DNA of 52,929 bases, taken from positions 1 through 52,929 of the forward strand of contig UYFQ01000474.1 of NCBI GenBank assembly GCA_900617105.1. Reading direction: 5' to 3'. Below are positions 1 through 12,500 of this stretch, piece by piece (position 1 is the first letter of the stretch; each line of letters opens with the position of its first letter). The position numbers were made by a program, and so were the translations under genes. The notes beneath the pieces were generated by a model that was not told the DNA's origin, ran no database searches, and saw only the letters and a list, made by a program, of their open reading frames with translations. The DNA is from Hydrurus foetidus (Eukaryota).

Positions 1-1566
1 GGTGAAAGAACATACCGCATCCGTGGCACCATCGGTGGCGATCGTATCCATTATCCCGGCCCGACAACTGCTCGAACCGCTGCAATGCCCCTGGTAAAAA
101 TCCTTCTTCAATCAGTCATATCCGACGGAAGCAAATGGCTCACCATTGATATCAAAGATTATTACCTAAACACGCCACTTCCTCGCCCTGAGTACCTGCG
201 CATCGCGTCAAAATTTCTCCCGTCTACAGTAATTCATCAACACGACCTTCAGCAATTTTTTCATAATAATGCTATCCTCTTCCAAGTCAACAAAGGAATG
301 TATGGCCTACCTCAAGCAGGGCTTCTAGCACAACAAAGGCTCATCACCCACCTGGCATCCCAAGGCTATCATCAAACCGATACTATTTGTCTCTTTCGCC
401 ATGTGACTAATGGAACGGTGTTTTCGCTTGTTGTCGATGACTTTGGAGTCAAATACACAAATATGGACGGCGTCAACCACTTAATTCAAACGCTCCAAGC
501 CTTATACACCATCACCGTTGACTGGACAGGTTCCAAGTATCTCGGTTTCTCGATTGACTTTGATCAACGTCATAGTACTGTTACGCTCAGCATGCCAGGT
601 TATATTGCTAAAGTGCTTCAGCGCTTCGCGCCATTACTCAAAATTGGAGCCAACTCTCCAGCTGTATACATCCCACCCAAGTATGGCGTCGGACAACAGA
701 CACCACACATCGACACCAGTACACGTCTATCACCCGCAGAAACTACTACATTACAAGAGATTGTTGGCTCCCTTCTCTATTACGCCAGAGGTGTAGATGT
801 AACCATATTGCCGGCGGTAACACACCTGTCGTCCCTACAAGCGCAACCTACACAAGACGTTCTCCAGGCCGCGCAACGCCTCTTAGCTTACTGCTCACGC
901 TATCCCAACAATGGTCTCCGATACTATGCATGCGATATGATCTTACATATTCAGTCGGACGCTTCCTATCTCTCTCGTCCCGGAGCTCGTTCTGTAGCTG
1001 GAGCTCTCTTTTACCTGGGAAATATTGGTCAACCCACACACATCAATGGTTCTGTACACGCACTCAGTTCTATCATACCTGCTGTCGTGGCCTCTGTCGC
1101 TGAAGCTGAATATGCAGCTCTCTTTCACGCTGGCCAAGAGGGAATTTGGCTCCGGCATATTCTCCAATCGCTCGGATATCCTCAACCGTCAACAACCATT
1201 CTGTGCGATAACAAATGCGCTGAGGGAATCGCATTAGACACCATAAAGCCAAAACGCACCAAAAGCATCGACATGCGTTTCCACTGGATTCGTGATAGAA
1301 TTCGTCAAGGACAATACACAGTCACATGGCGCAAAGGAGCCGACAATCTTGCTGATTTTTTCACAAAACCTCTGCCTGTTCACTTACATCAAAAGCTTAT
1401 GCCGCTGCTCGTTCACATTCCTCCTGCCCAGTACGCCACAAACACCACAAGCTCAGCATCTCGTGCACTCACTCATCGAAACAAAAAGGCTTCAACCACC
1501 GAAACTCCCCCTAATTATACTGATTTGAAGGACGAGTTGGTGGGATTCACCTACAGTGCTTCGTAG
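1..1566 (+). mobile_element. pol: Ty1/Copia LTR retrotransposon pol, 3' part (reverse transcriptase + RNase H); 5' truncated by the window edge; resembles diatom CoDi-type Copia
   Basis: Frame 1 is open from base 1 (GERTYRIRGTIGGDRIHY) to TAG at 1566. RT motifs: DIKDYYL, KGMYGLPQAG, LVVDDFGVKY, YLG. Copia RNase H motifs: SDASY, SVAEAEY, CDN, KRTKSIDMRFHWIRD, NLADFFTK. Confidence 0.95.
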
Positions 1567-1590
1567 GCCGACACCCATACCACCGCCGGC

Positions 1591-1665
1591 GAGCACCCTT
1601 TCGGGGATCGAACCGACGGCCATTCGATTATGATTGATCATCACTGACCAATCACGTCACAACTC
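1591..1665 (-). other. Degenerate tRNA-like sequence (CAT anticodon) in the Copia 3' UTR; probably not a functional tRNA
   Basis: Minus strand reads GAGTTGTGACGTGATTGGTCAGTGATGATCAATCATAATCGAATGGCCGTCGGTTCGATCCCCGAAAGGGTGCTC. It shows a D-loop-like TTGGTCAG, anticodon loop TCATAA and T-loop/B-box GGTTCGATCC at tRNA-like spacing; stems are imperfect. Confidence 0.5.
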
Positions 1666-1720
1666 TGTCTTTTTGTCCTGAAAATACGAATACATATCTG
1701 TTCAAGCATGCACCATGTTT

Positions 1721-2029
1721 GAGAGGGTGTGTTGATAGCGCACGTACAACATAGTTAACACGCACCGTACGCAGCGTACATACCAGGGCGCACGTACAAC
1801 ACATGTACGCAGCGTACACACCAGGGCGCACGTACAACACATGTAACACACATTGTACGTAGCGTACATACACTACACATCGTACGCAACTATCATTTTC
1901 AAACACTGTCAATTGCAGCAACAGTTAGCCATGCGTATTGACTTCCATCCCGCATAATTTAATTCCAACACCTGTGAAACACGTACATTCGTTTCACCTT
2001 TGGTGCGCAATTTAATCTGCGGATCAACA
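1721..2029 (+). mobile_element. Polypurine tract (1721-1729) and putative 3' LTR (from 1730; right end uncertain)
   Basis: GAGAGGGTG is immediately followed by TGTTGAT at 1730; its inverted complement ATCAACA lies at 2023-2029. Alternative CAACA ends occur at 1923 and 1970. The 5' LTR is outside the window, so the end cannot be confirmed. Confidence 0.6.
1767..1842 (+). repeat. 38-bp tandem repeat (2 near-perfect copies plus degenerate flanks) in the putative LTR
   Basis: GTACGCAGCGTACAYACCAGGGCGCACGTACAACACAT at 1767-1804 and 1805-1842. Confidence 0.9.
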
Positions 2030-2247
2030 GGGTTTGTCACAGATTCGTTTTTTCTTCTCAATATTTCAAAAATGAACACCTCTTTACAGGAGATTCGATC
2101 GACACGACACTCCTTCACAATCCCCTGTTAACTAACAAGAGCCGGGAACGTTATTGCCGAGCAGTTACATCCGTCATCAAATAGGAAAGACCACCTGTGC
2201 CCTTCGAAAGCTCAACTCTTTCAGATTTCATTGCACCCTACCACAAA

Positions 2248-4327
2248 ATGATGAAATCTATCACCTTCGTTCTTCTATCATTGCCCATGCTGCTGACCTC
2301 GTTCCAATTCAGCTCAACTCAACGAGGTGTACCGCTCACAAGGATGCAAGCCTCCACCTCGAGAGATCTGATGCACAGCACAAAAACAGTCGAATGGTAA
2401 GCGATGGTGTGAGATTTGTAACCCGCTACAGAATTTGACCTTGGAAGTCACCTCATGATAATATTTCTTCACAGTAAATTTTCTTTTGAAAGACTGCCAA
2501 GCCCTCTACGAGCGAACTCACAAAAGGCTGCTCTGAAATTGATATCTGCCTCAAGGAAGCTGCAGAATTTGATGAGGGTTCTGTCATATGATGAAGTCAC
2601 TCTCGTCACTGGCCTCTCGGCTGAGAAGATAATGAAAATTATTGCTAAATCCAACATAATAGAGCAGAAGCTGCTTGAAGGTATGCCGCCAACGTTGCAA
2701 ACTCTCATTGAATACATAGCCACCCCTTCACAAATGATCGTTTTCAACGCAGTCAATCTACGGTTGGTTCACTCCATCGCACTGCAACATCAGGGTATGG
2801 GTTTAGAACTCGAAGATCTCGTTTTCGAAGGTACAAGATACTTGAATACGCATAAAATGGAAAATAAAAGCAAGTAAAAGATAGACAGTTGTTTGAAATT
2901 GTCTTCTATTGCACAGGTGTAAGAGGGTTGAAGAAGGCATTGTCAAAATTTGAACCTGAGAAAGGCTGCGCGTTCAGTACGTATGCGTATCCATGGATTA
3001 GAGAGTACATACGTTCCGCCCTCGCCTCCTCCCTCCCAATTGCTCTTCCTCGGCATGTCTATCGCCTTCTTGTGCGCGTAAGAAGCATTCAGCAGCAAAT
3101 GTTATCAAGTGGCAGTGTTCCCACAGACGAGGAAACCGCTGAAGAAATGGGCATCCCCATGGAGAGATTTGAAGTCGTTAGGAGGGCCATGGCGCTGGCC
3201 GCTCGGTCCAATGACGCGACACCTGCAATCGCATCTTCTGGGAGTTCAAGTGGAAGGATTCAATTTCACGAAGCTACGTGGGAGAGGGTTGTTGAGGGGC
3301 ATACGGAAGGAAGGTAGGCAATATAATGTTGCTGAATACTTTCATCGCGTTACCTTCACACCATCAATTCTCAATTCAATAGTCGCTCGTACGTACGTAC
3401 TAATTATTTTGATGACGTACTGTTCCATTCATTTAGTGTCATGGAGCATGTGGTGTCGAATCAAGCTCAGCCGCATGCCCATTCAGAGAGGGCACAGAGC
3501 GAGATGAGGGGAGCAGTGTTACGAGCACTGAACACCCTGCCTGAAGACGAGTCCAGGGCAATCCATGAAAGACTCGGACTAGGTGATAAATATTTCTTTT
3601 TAGTCTGTGAGTAATGGATTTCAGATTGAAGTATCCTTGAACCCTCTCTCTGTTTTCTTGATCGAGACACCCCAAGCAAACGAAATCAATCTATCATATC
3701 ACATGGTATTTTCAGTACTTTTAAAAGGACATATCCATCTATTAGCCACTTAACATATACGCATCGTATTATATTATATCACATCATATGATATGACATC
3801 ACATCATATCATACTAAATAATATTACATCACGGTATATCATATTCTCAATCACGTATATTTTATCATCACGTATAGGATCATTTTCCACGACTGAGAGA
3901 GGGACGGACAGAGGAACGAATATTCTTCGATTCAGCGAAATGGACACATCACTCGGATTGGACAAGGAAACGTCCAAAGCTCTGTACCAAAAAGGTGAGT
4001 TAACCGTAAAAATTGGCCGTATCCGGTAAAATTACTCGTATTCTTTTTAATATGTGTGACAAAAATTTGTTCAAAAAATGTCATCCTAATGACGGGTGAC
4101 AGCAATGTCTATTTTCATTTTTTTTTTTAATTTCTGCTTCACCAATACATGAGCGTAGTTCTGAGGAAATGGATTCTAATACTATATACTTTACTAATAT
4201 TATTCTGATAGGAGTGAGAAGATTGAGGAGGAGGGCGAGTGATCCGAAGTACCCAGAAATGAAAGCTTTGGAAAGAATCTTCAATGAGCTGGAATATTCC
4301 TCGGGAAACGTTCTTCAAGATGCTTGA
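2248..4327 (+). CDS. Nuclear-encoded, plastid-targeted sigma70-family RNA polymerase sigma factor (6 exons: 2248-2396, 2475-2830, 2917-3313, 3437-3582, 3878-3994, 4212-4327)
   Basis: Signal peptide MMKSITFVLLSLPMLLTS-F. Region 2: NLRLVHSIA..GLELEDLVFEGVRGLKKALSKFEPEKGCAFSTYAYPWIR. Region 3: IALPRHV..PTDEETAEEMGI. Region 4: LNTLPEDESRAIHERLGL..KGVRRLR. All introns are GT-AG and in frame. Confidence 0.9.
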
Positions 4328-5495
4328 ATTTGATAGGAATACATCAATGAATGCTGTACTATAAAAGACTTCATCTTCTATCGGACAGCGCAATACATTT
4401 GATGCAGTGCAGTGCAGTGCATCGTAGTGCATTCTATCTCACTGTCTTGCGGTATGCTGTAGTACTGTACACTGTAGTTTATGGCTCACACCGTATACAC
4501 GGCAGACAATATTGACCTTATCTCTCTTCAGATTGATAACATTTCAAATCACATCACTACAGATATTTCATATACTATACTACATGCACCGCAGCACACA
4601 CCACGCAGTTCTGCATACCCCACCATTTGGTACTCAGTACCTCTTACTATTTTCCGTTTTACACATCGATATCGGCCTATCCGACCCACTAACGCTCTTC
4701 TTTTCTACGTCATTTGTCTGTCCCACTGCCATACTTTATCTTTTCCAATTTTTGAAGTCTCATTTTTCTTTTTCTTTTCTATCTGTTTGATTACATGGGC
4801 ATTAGTCTCGTACTATTTCACTCCTCCCTCTTCATACTGAGGATATGGAAGATTTCAATAAACAAAATTTTGGTACTAACATCCATGATTAAGCAGCATA
4901 TTATAATATTTTAATTTAAAGTCTAGCATAGACTCTGCGAATTTACATGAATTTTGAAAATTGAATAATTGAACTACATAATGACATAATATAAAAAAAT
5001 ACTTAAACTGAAAATTTGGTTATGTGCACGTTTAAAAATTAAGAACTTTTCAAAAGAGAAATTAAAATTGAGGAAGCTTGACAAGCAAACAAGTGTGAAA
5101 AGAAATATAATATAATCAATAAGGAAATACAACAGGGACAAAAATGGTAGATTGTACACTCCTTGGAGACAAAAGGTGCGTAGGTGGCATAATACAGGAC
5201 TCCAAACTGTTTGCATGTTAGAGGGAAATGCGTAGGTAAGGATGATTGCTGAAGTGATACAGTAGGTGATCTTGCTGCATTTACTGGATTGATGGTTTGT
5301 AGGGACTCTGCTTTTCAAGCCTGATTTGGGACTTCATTCAAGTGATGAGAGGGTAGAGGAGGGGAAAGAGAGAGGCGGAAATAGAGAGAGTAAAAGAGAC
5401 AGAGAGAGTGTGGTTACGTGAGAGAGAGAAAGGAGGTAAGATAAAAAGAAAGAGAAAGAGAAAAAGCAGGGTGAGAAAAAGAGAGGGACAATTCA

Positions 5496-6911
5496 TCACG
5501 CCACGGTAGCCTCTTCAGACAAAACAGCTTCAGCTGGCTGTATGAGTCCAATAGAATCATTCGTTAAATTAGCTGATGATTCAACAAATTTGATGTTCTC
5601 TGTATGGAAGTGTTCAAGCGCTCTGGACAATTCTTCAGAAATCCATCCATGCCCCGGGATGGACGGGTCCGGTTTTGAGAGATATCCGCAATGACCCCCT
5701 GTTTTTGTGTATATGAGTCTCACAGGTGCATCACCAATATCGTCTTTCTCAGTTGGGAGAGTAAATTCGTCAACAAAAGGATCGTCAATTGCGTTTATAG
5801 CAATAGTTGGCACTCTGATTTTATGTAAATATTGCTTGCTTGCAGATTGTGTGTAGTAGTCCAATTTGTTCTTAAATCCGTAAATCGGCGCTATAAAAGC
5901 ATCGTCAAAATCACCGATTTTAGAGCAGGCGCGAATGGCTTTGATATCGATGAAATCGGGATTTTTCTCTCCGAATTCTTTGTACTGACGTTCTGCCTTC
6001 TTTTTCAGAGATGCAAGAAAGTTCCCAGAGTAAACCACCCTGCTAAAGCCTACGTCAATCTTCTTCTGACATTGCACTGTGTCAAACGGAACACAGAATA
6101 CAGCAGCACCCATGATGTTCCGAGATATTGCCGTTTCTCCTAATTCGCCCAAGAACTTCAAACAAACATTTCCTCCTAAAGAAAATCCACTTAGGAAGAT
6201 CGGTTCCTCAGGATACCTAATCAAATTTAGCGGAATATTCTCGTTAAGATTGGAACTGGCTCTATAGCGCATATCAGCTGATATCTTACCTTTCTTGCAA
6301 ATGCTTGCAAACAAGATCGACATCTTTTGTGAATCCTAAGTGGTAGCCTCCTGGCGTTTTGTTATCCTCTCCACTGCAGCCACGAAAATTAACCAGGCAA
6401 CAAGAAAATCCTTTGCTGAGAAATCCTGTAGTCATCTTGCTTACCAGTGGTCCCCTCGTATTCGATTCCAGGCCGTGCAGGACTACTACAGTCGCTTTCT
6501 TGTGAACAGTGTCACCTCTTATCGTTGCATCTTGATCGTTGAAGGATACATGATCCAAATCAAGGAAGTCGCCATCTGGAGTAGATACTCGCTCCCTCTT
6601 TGTCGTGAATGATCTAAGAAAGTCAAGGATCGAGTAGCACCGTCAGCCATTCTTTGTGTTTCTGATACAATATACACAACAAACTACCTTGGATAGTCTC
6701 CCCCCTTAAACTTCATCTGAAGAGCCTCCGAGCCAATGATTGTTTGCCAGTGATGATTCTCAAATAAACGAAATGGTCCAGACTGTGGTGTGAAGGTGCC
6801 AGCTTCGAAAGACTTTACCACACTGCGACGCAGAATTGCTGAGTCTGTCATCACTGAAAAAACTAGAACTTGCAGCAAATGTCCTACGACACAAACTGTT
6901 GGATTTTTCAT
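5496..6911 (-). CDS. Alpha/beta hydrolase, YheT/ABHD1-3 family (3 exons: 6911-6688, 6613-6290, 6216-5496)
   Basis: HWQTI, RERVSTPDGDFLDLD, VLHGLES, NFRGCSG, nucleophile elbow GFSLGG, DDPF acid, GGHCG His. Confidence 0.92.
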
Positions 6912-7396
6912 GCCAGCGCCAGCAGCGATTCCCTCAAACGAGTGTCGGGCTACAGATCGAGGTCAAGGATGGCATTACTGCATCGATCTTGTCTATGGAA
7001 ATCGGAAATAATCCTCACTACCTACTCAAAACTCAAACCTCCGTCATTTCCAACAAACGTCACTGTGTCGATTGACTGACGAGAGAGAGTCCCGATATAA
7101 TATGTCCGTCGTCCGTATGTGTGTAACTAGTTCGTTTTGTGCACGTACCACACTAGGTGCTGTGTACGTACACGATGATCCCTTTGAATCTTCTCGTTTC
7201 AAAATTTTGAAAAATTGACCCAAGAATGAATCCTCTGAATGTTGACATGTCAAACGATTACTGTGAAACACTTCCTCCTCGCTATCCCTGTCCGTCTTGT
7301 GGTCACTTCTAGGATAACGGAATCACCCTCCTTCAAAAGTTTGAATATCTTAGAGCTGCAGCTGGAGTAAGACTGCCCAAAAAAGTGAATACTACA

Positions 7397-8367
7397 ATGG
7401 TCGCTCAACTCGTCATCCTGACCGCTGTTGGTGTTCTTGTAACATCCTCGTCAGCGTTTGTACTGTCAACTTCCTCCTACTGTCAGAATAGTGGACGAGA
7501 TGTGGCACATACCATTAATATAGGGTGCGCAATAAGAATGAAACCGCGCGAGGCCAAGTCGAAGTTCCGAGAAGAACCTACAGGGACAGAATCTTCAGGA
7601 ACGATGAAGCAGATGAAGAACAAGAAATCTTACAACGTACCTGGCTATATAAAGGGAAATCATGACTTGATCCGATCCGTGTTTAGAATACATTCAATCA
7701 ACGGAGAGATGACTTACGCCGCATTCTTGGATAGTAAATACCTCCGATTTTGGCCAGGTACTTCATTGAGCTCTGAGCAAATAACCACTGTAACACATCA
7801 CTTGATGTTTCATCTACTGTTATGAAATCAGCCATAACCCATCTTAAATAAATAATCATTTTAGGGCGTAGAATTGAAATCGAGAACATTTGGGAGAATG
7901 TAACATACGGCTGCGAGACAACATCAGTAACAATCGAACAACTGCCATCTCTCTTATCGAAACTGGATGAAACTGCTGACAAGACTGCACTCGATATGGA
8001 GCAAGAAAGGTACAGCACTAACAATGCCTGGAAGTTCTGCTTCTTGTATCGAGATAAGAGCTCTCACTTTTTCATTTCATTTCATTTCATTTTTTCAATT
8101 ATCGCCAGACTCGCTTGGGAGTTAGAAGAAATCAAGCACAACTTTTTGGACAATTATTTCGAGTCAAGAGCAAGAGAACGTGAACTATTTTTTATCGATT
8201 TCATATCATGGGAAAACATTCAAGCAGAAATATGGTATAATAAAAGAGGAGTTACCGATAGGATAATTGCAGATATTTGGGAAAACATTGCGGGGTGCGT
8301 CACCAGAGGAGTTGACAAAGACACTTTTGTACGAATTTATAAAACCGTATGTAGCGGTAATGTTTAA
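7397..8367 (+). CDS. Hypothetical plastid-targeted protein with two degenerate helical repeats (3 exons: ~7397-7756, 7866-8009, 8109-8367)
   Basis: Signal peptide ending SSA-FVL (ASAFAP-like). GT-AG introns join the ORFs in frame. A recurring F..(W)....I.(N/D)IWEN...C.T..V motif is present. Confidence 0.65.
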
Positions 8368-9599
8368 AACCGAATAAACCCTCCGACCAAAATTTTCAAA
8401 TCTCTGAACATCTGACAATTTGCTTGTCCTCCATCAACTTAGGGTATTTTTTTCATCAATTTCTGGCACTTTCTCGTGCACATGTGTACTCCATTATTTA
8501 GTACGGGACTCTATTGATCGATCATATCCGATTTCATGTAAAAATGCACAATATTTTGTACAAAACAATTTCGGTGTTTAAGTTTCTAGATTACTTCAAT
8601 GTGCTACGTACGTACCAAGAAAGTCGATAGTTAACATGACTGTCAAAAGTATGTACATGGATGTTAAATAATAAAATATGATGACATATTGGCACCACCA
8701 TCATAGTGACTGGAAATCAAAGAATCAAGAACAAAATGTATTCAGTATTTAATATGATGAAGAAATCAAATACAAATATAATATGATGAAAATCCGCCGC
8801 CGCCTTCTTCCATGTATATTGTATTTGATAAATTAACTGAAGATTTTGCGACTATCAATAAATGACAATTCACGTACATGGAAATTTAAATACATAGTTG
8901 TAGTAAATTGCACTAAAAATTATCTATGAATTGTGATAAAAATGTACTGGAAAAAAAATAGTAAACTTAAGAGGGGACAAATGGTCGATTCGATAACCAA
9001 TTCCGTTACTGTACTGTACACCGCAGCTCATCGTACGTGCAGAGCGGGTAAGTATAAAGTTTTGAATAAAATCGATCCATCTCGTGCACAAACAAATAAT
9101 ATCCCCTTCTCGTTTCCTTCTATCCGCCACGTATGTTCTCTCCTTTCTTGAAATGATTTTTCTGAAGTCATTTCTTAGTAGTCTTTTTCGCTTTCTTTAT
9201 GAACTCATTTTGTTTTCCTTCTTTGCTAAATCCCCGTCTTACATTTTAGGGAGTGAAAATTTTGAATTCCGCAAGTGCATATGTCTGTGCGCAAATTTTA
9301 CAATAAAAGTGCGTCCTGTACATATGTGCGTGCGTGTGTGTAAGTATGTGGTGCTGTGTGATGTGTTATGTATAGTGCGGTTCTGTTTGCCGATTGTTCG
9401 GTGGCTTGCGTTGTACGATTACAAGTACGTACGTACGTGCGAGCGTGCGAACATGAGATTGTGCCTAAAGCGCTTACGGTACTGTCATGATGGCTTGTTG
9501 ACGTGCTGTACATACGGAAGGTACGTACATGCGCATGACGTACGCACCCTGACTATGTCAGTTGTCTGCATCAGTGAATGAGCTACTTTAATTTCCTAT

Positions 9600-12500
9600 C
9601 TAAAATCTGGTTGCATTATCCGGCGTGTAGAATTTTTGTTGTTCCGGTTTTATTAAACTGTGACTTTTGTCGGAACTTTCGCACCCATGTTCCGCGACGA
9701 ACTTCAACAAGGAAGATAAATGCTCTTCCCTAAAGGGCTTGGAAAAAACACAGTCCGCGCCTGGTACGTACGCACGTACGTGGATAAGTGTTAGGCGTAG
9801 AGTACAGCAAGGAAATGAAGACAACGACTGACGCATAGATAAGAAGAGGTAGTATTCCTTCCACAGAACCAAACAAACAAAAACGATGCTAACGGCTACT
9901 CACAGAACCAAACAAAATTAACATTTCAACTTCAACTAGAACTTCAAGTCGAAAGTGTACTTACCGGCTTTGATGAAATTCGCCACATCATCATCCAAAG
10001 CATTTCCGGTTAGCCCTACTATCAATCCGCTAAAGCCGAGAGCCCGGATGATTGAAGATGCTTCTAGGCCGTTCTACGGTATAATACGGTTATTTTTCAA
10101 ATGAGTTTTTGTCATTTGTGTGGGGTTTATTGTTTGAATTTATTTGTGTGTGTAGTTCGAATTGTTTTATGTGTAGAGCGGAGACATAAAGTCAACCGTA
10201 TAAAACAATCTACAGATATTGAAGTACGTCAGTCGATCTGCCCTACTAGGGGGTCTAAATCTGTGTGGGAAACCATGTGACCCTCCTCAAGAATTGTCGG
10301 TTATACATGAGGGCCACTGTATAGCAGTCTGTCTCCGCATCGGTGTGCCACTGTCTATCTGCCTATCTATCTGTATGTCTCTCATAGATGTCGTCAGTTA
10401 ACAACCACCTATTGCTCGTGAAGACACTGCTGGAGACTCCTGATTATGTATTTTTCTCTGTGTAAGTACAATTGCACGTACGTACCATGACAGGCATTGT
10501 GTAATCCATGAAAATGACTTCGTATATCGTGGATCTCCTCGCACCCCCGTGATTAAATGCGGCCTGATATGAAATAATAAAATATTATTTTAGAATGAAT
10601 ATGGAGAAATATTACGAAATTTTCTGTAGAATTTATTAGTGGAAAATGATTTATTATCTTATTTTGTAATAGAGAAATAAAAAAACAGAAATTAAGTTAA
10701 AGATTGTAAAATTATACGGCGTATAAAGATGTCATCAAAAACAATGAGACAGAAAAGTGGCGAAGTAGAAAGCGATGCGTAGCAGATAAAAAGGTGAAAA
10801 GTATGTGGTATATGATGTTATGTAATGTATAAAGAGGATGCAATATATTCGAATTATTTTTGAAGGCAAACGACAGAATATCATAATAAAAATAAAATCA
10901 AATTGAACAATGAAAATTAATACCAAAAATTATTCGACATGAAGTATTCAACACATATATGAAAATCACGACTAATAAAAATCAAATATCAAATTACAAT
11001 AAATAGAGGGAGGAGGAATGAGAGACTGTTTGTAAGTACAATTGAAACTGTACTCACACAATGGAAGTACGAGATGTACGTACTTTGAAAGCTGTGACGG
11101 CCTCTAGACCATTGAACGCAATGTCGCACTTTATACCCTTTTTATTCAGAAGCATTTTTAACATCTTACAATTCGATTCCGCATCTAATAATTGGAATAA
11201 AATCAAATGAGGGAAGTAGATGGAGATTAAGTAATTGAAATATGGCCATGAAAAAAGAGAAGTTGTTAATATCTAATATAACATTATTTCAATATTGAAA
11301 ATTATTGACATCATTTCTGCAAATGGTGAACTAAAAAAGGATGCAGAATATAACAGTAAAATTGCAGGCATGCTTATTACACTTCTAGCAAGTGAAAGAA
11401 AATTAAGGGCACAAAATAGAAAATAAATATATTGCAGTGCTTTAAGAAGAAATCTCCGTAATATTATTATGTTCAATAATAAAATACAAAAAAAGTAAAT
11501 TTTTCACACTCACCATCAACAAGTAAAAAGTGCATTTTTCTGTCCGTTTCTTTGTCACCAGCAATTCTCGAAGTCCCACCGACAGAAAGGCCTTTCAGCG
11601 GACTTTTCGATGTCAAGGAAATGCTACTTCTCCCACTCCCACTGAGCATTTCTCTCCCTACTCCCCCTCTTTCACTCCCTTTATCTCCATTTAAAAAACT
11701 GTTTTGCTGACTGCGTGTACTGACGTCTGTGCTGATGCTTCTTGCTCTTAGGATTAATCCGGTTTCAGAATCCCTCTTTCGTAGCAAAGGACCGACAGCT
11801 GTAGGTACGGGTGACGTTACACTGTCACCTCCACTACCGTTCCTGCTTGCCCCTCCACTCGTATCACCGCTCACCACACCATTCATCGCACCACCTACTA
11901 CACCACTCACCACTGCATTCATCTCTCCATGTACCACACCACTCCTCACTCCGTTATCCGTTCCACTAGGAAATCCATTCGTCACGCAACTAGGTACTTT
12001 GTTAGATGTTCCGTTGAGAATTGTATTTCTGCCTACAAACACACCACCCACTGTGCTGTCAACAGCACCGCTCTGTGGTACATCAACTTCAACTTGAACA
12101 TCAGCACTCGCACTAGCTTTCCCTTCCCCACCACTACCTCCTTTCTCTCCTCCTCCTCCTACATCTCGTCTCTCTACCCCTTTTACAACATCCCCTCCAT
12201 CCTCCCCTGCACCCAATACACCCCTCCTATCCCCACTATCATCATCAATCATATGAGCCATCCTATTCAATCTTCGATATTCATCATTATCTTTTCCTCT
12301 CTGTATAGGTTCTGGAATTAGGTCTAGTTCCGCACCAATCGTATTTTGTTTAAATGATGTACATTCCGATTCTCTGAATTGAGAACTATAAGCGATAGAA
12401 GGAAACTGGTGATATCCTCCGTTATCGGTTATATCTTGTATTGAATTACTCCGTTTTTGTGGAGGTTTTGTGTATATTATACCTAGATCAGGTCTATTTT

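Noticed and set aside
2248..4327. Bacterial contamination or recent HGT suggested by sigma70 and two-component domains
   Set aside because: Both genes have multiple spliceosomal introns, and the sigma factor has a eukaryotic plastid-targeting presequence.
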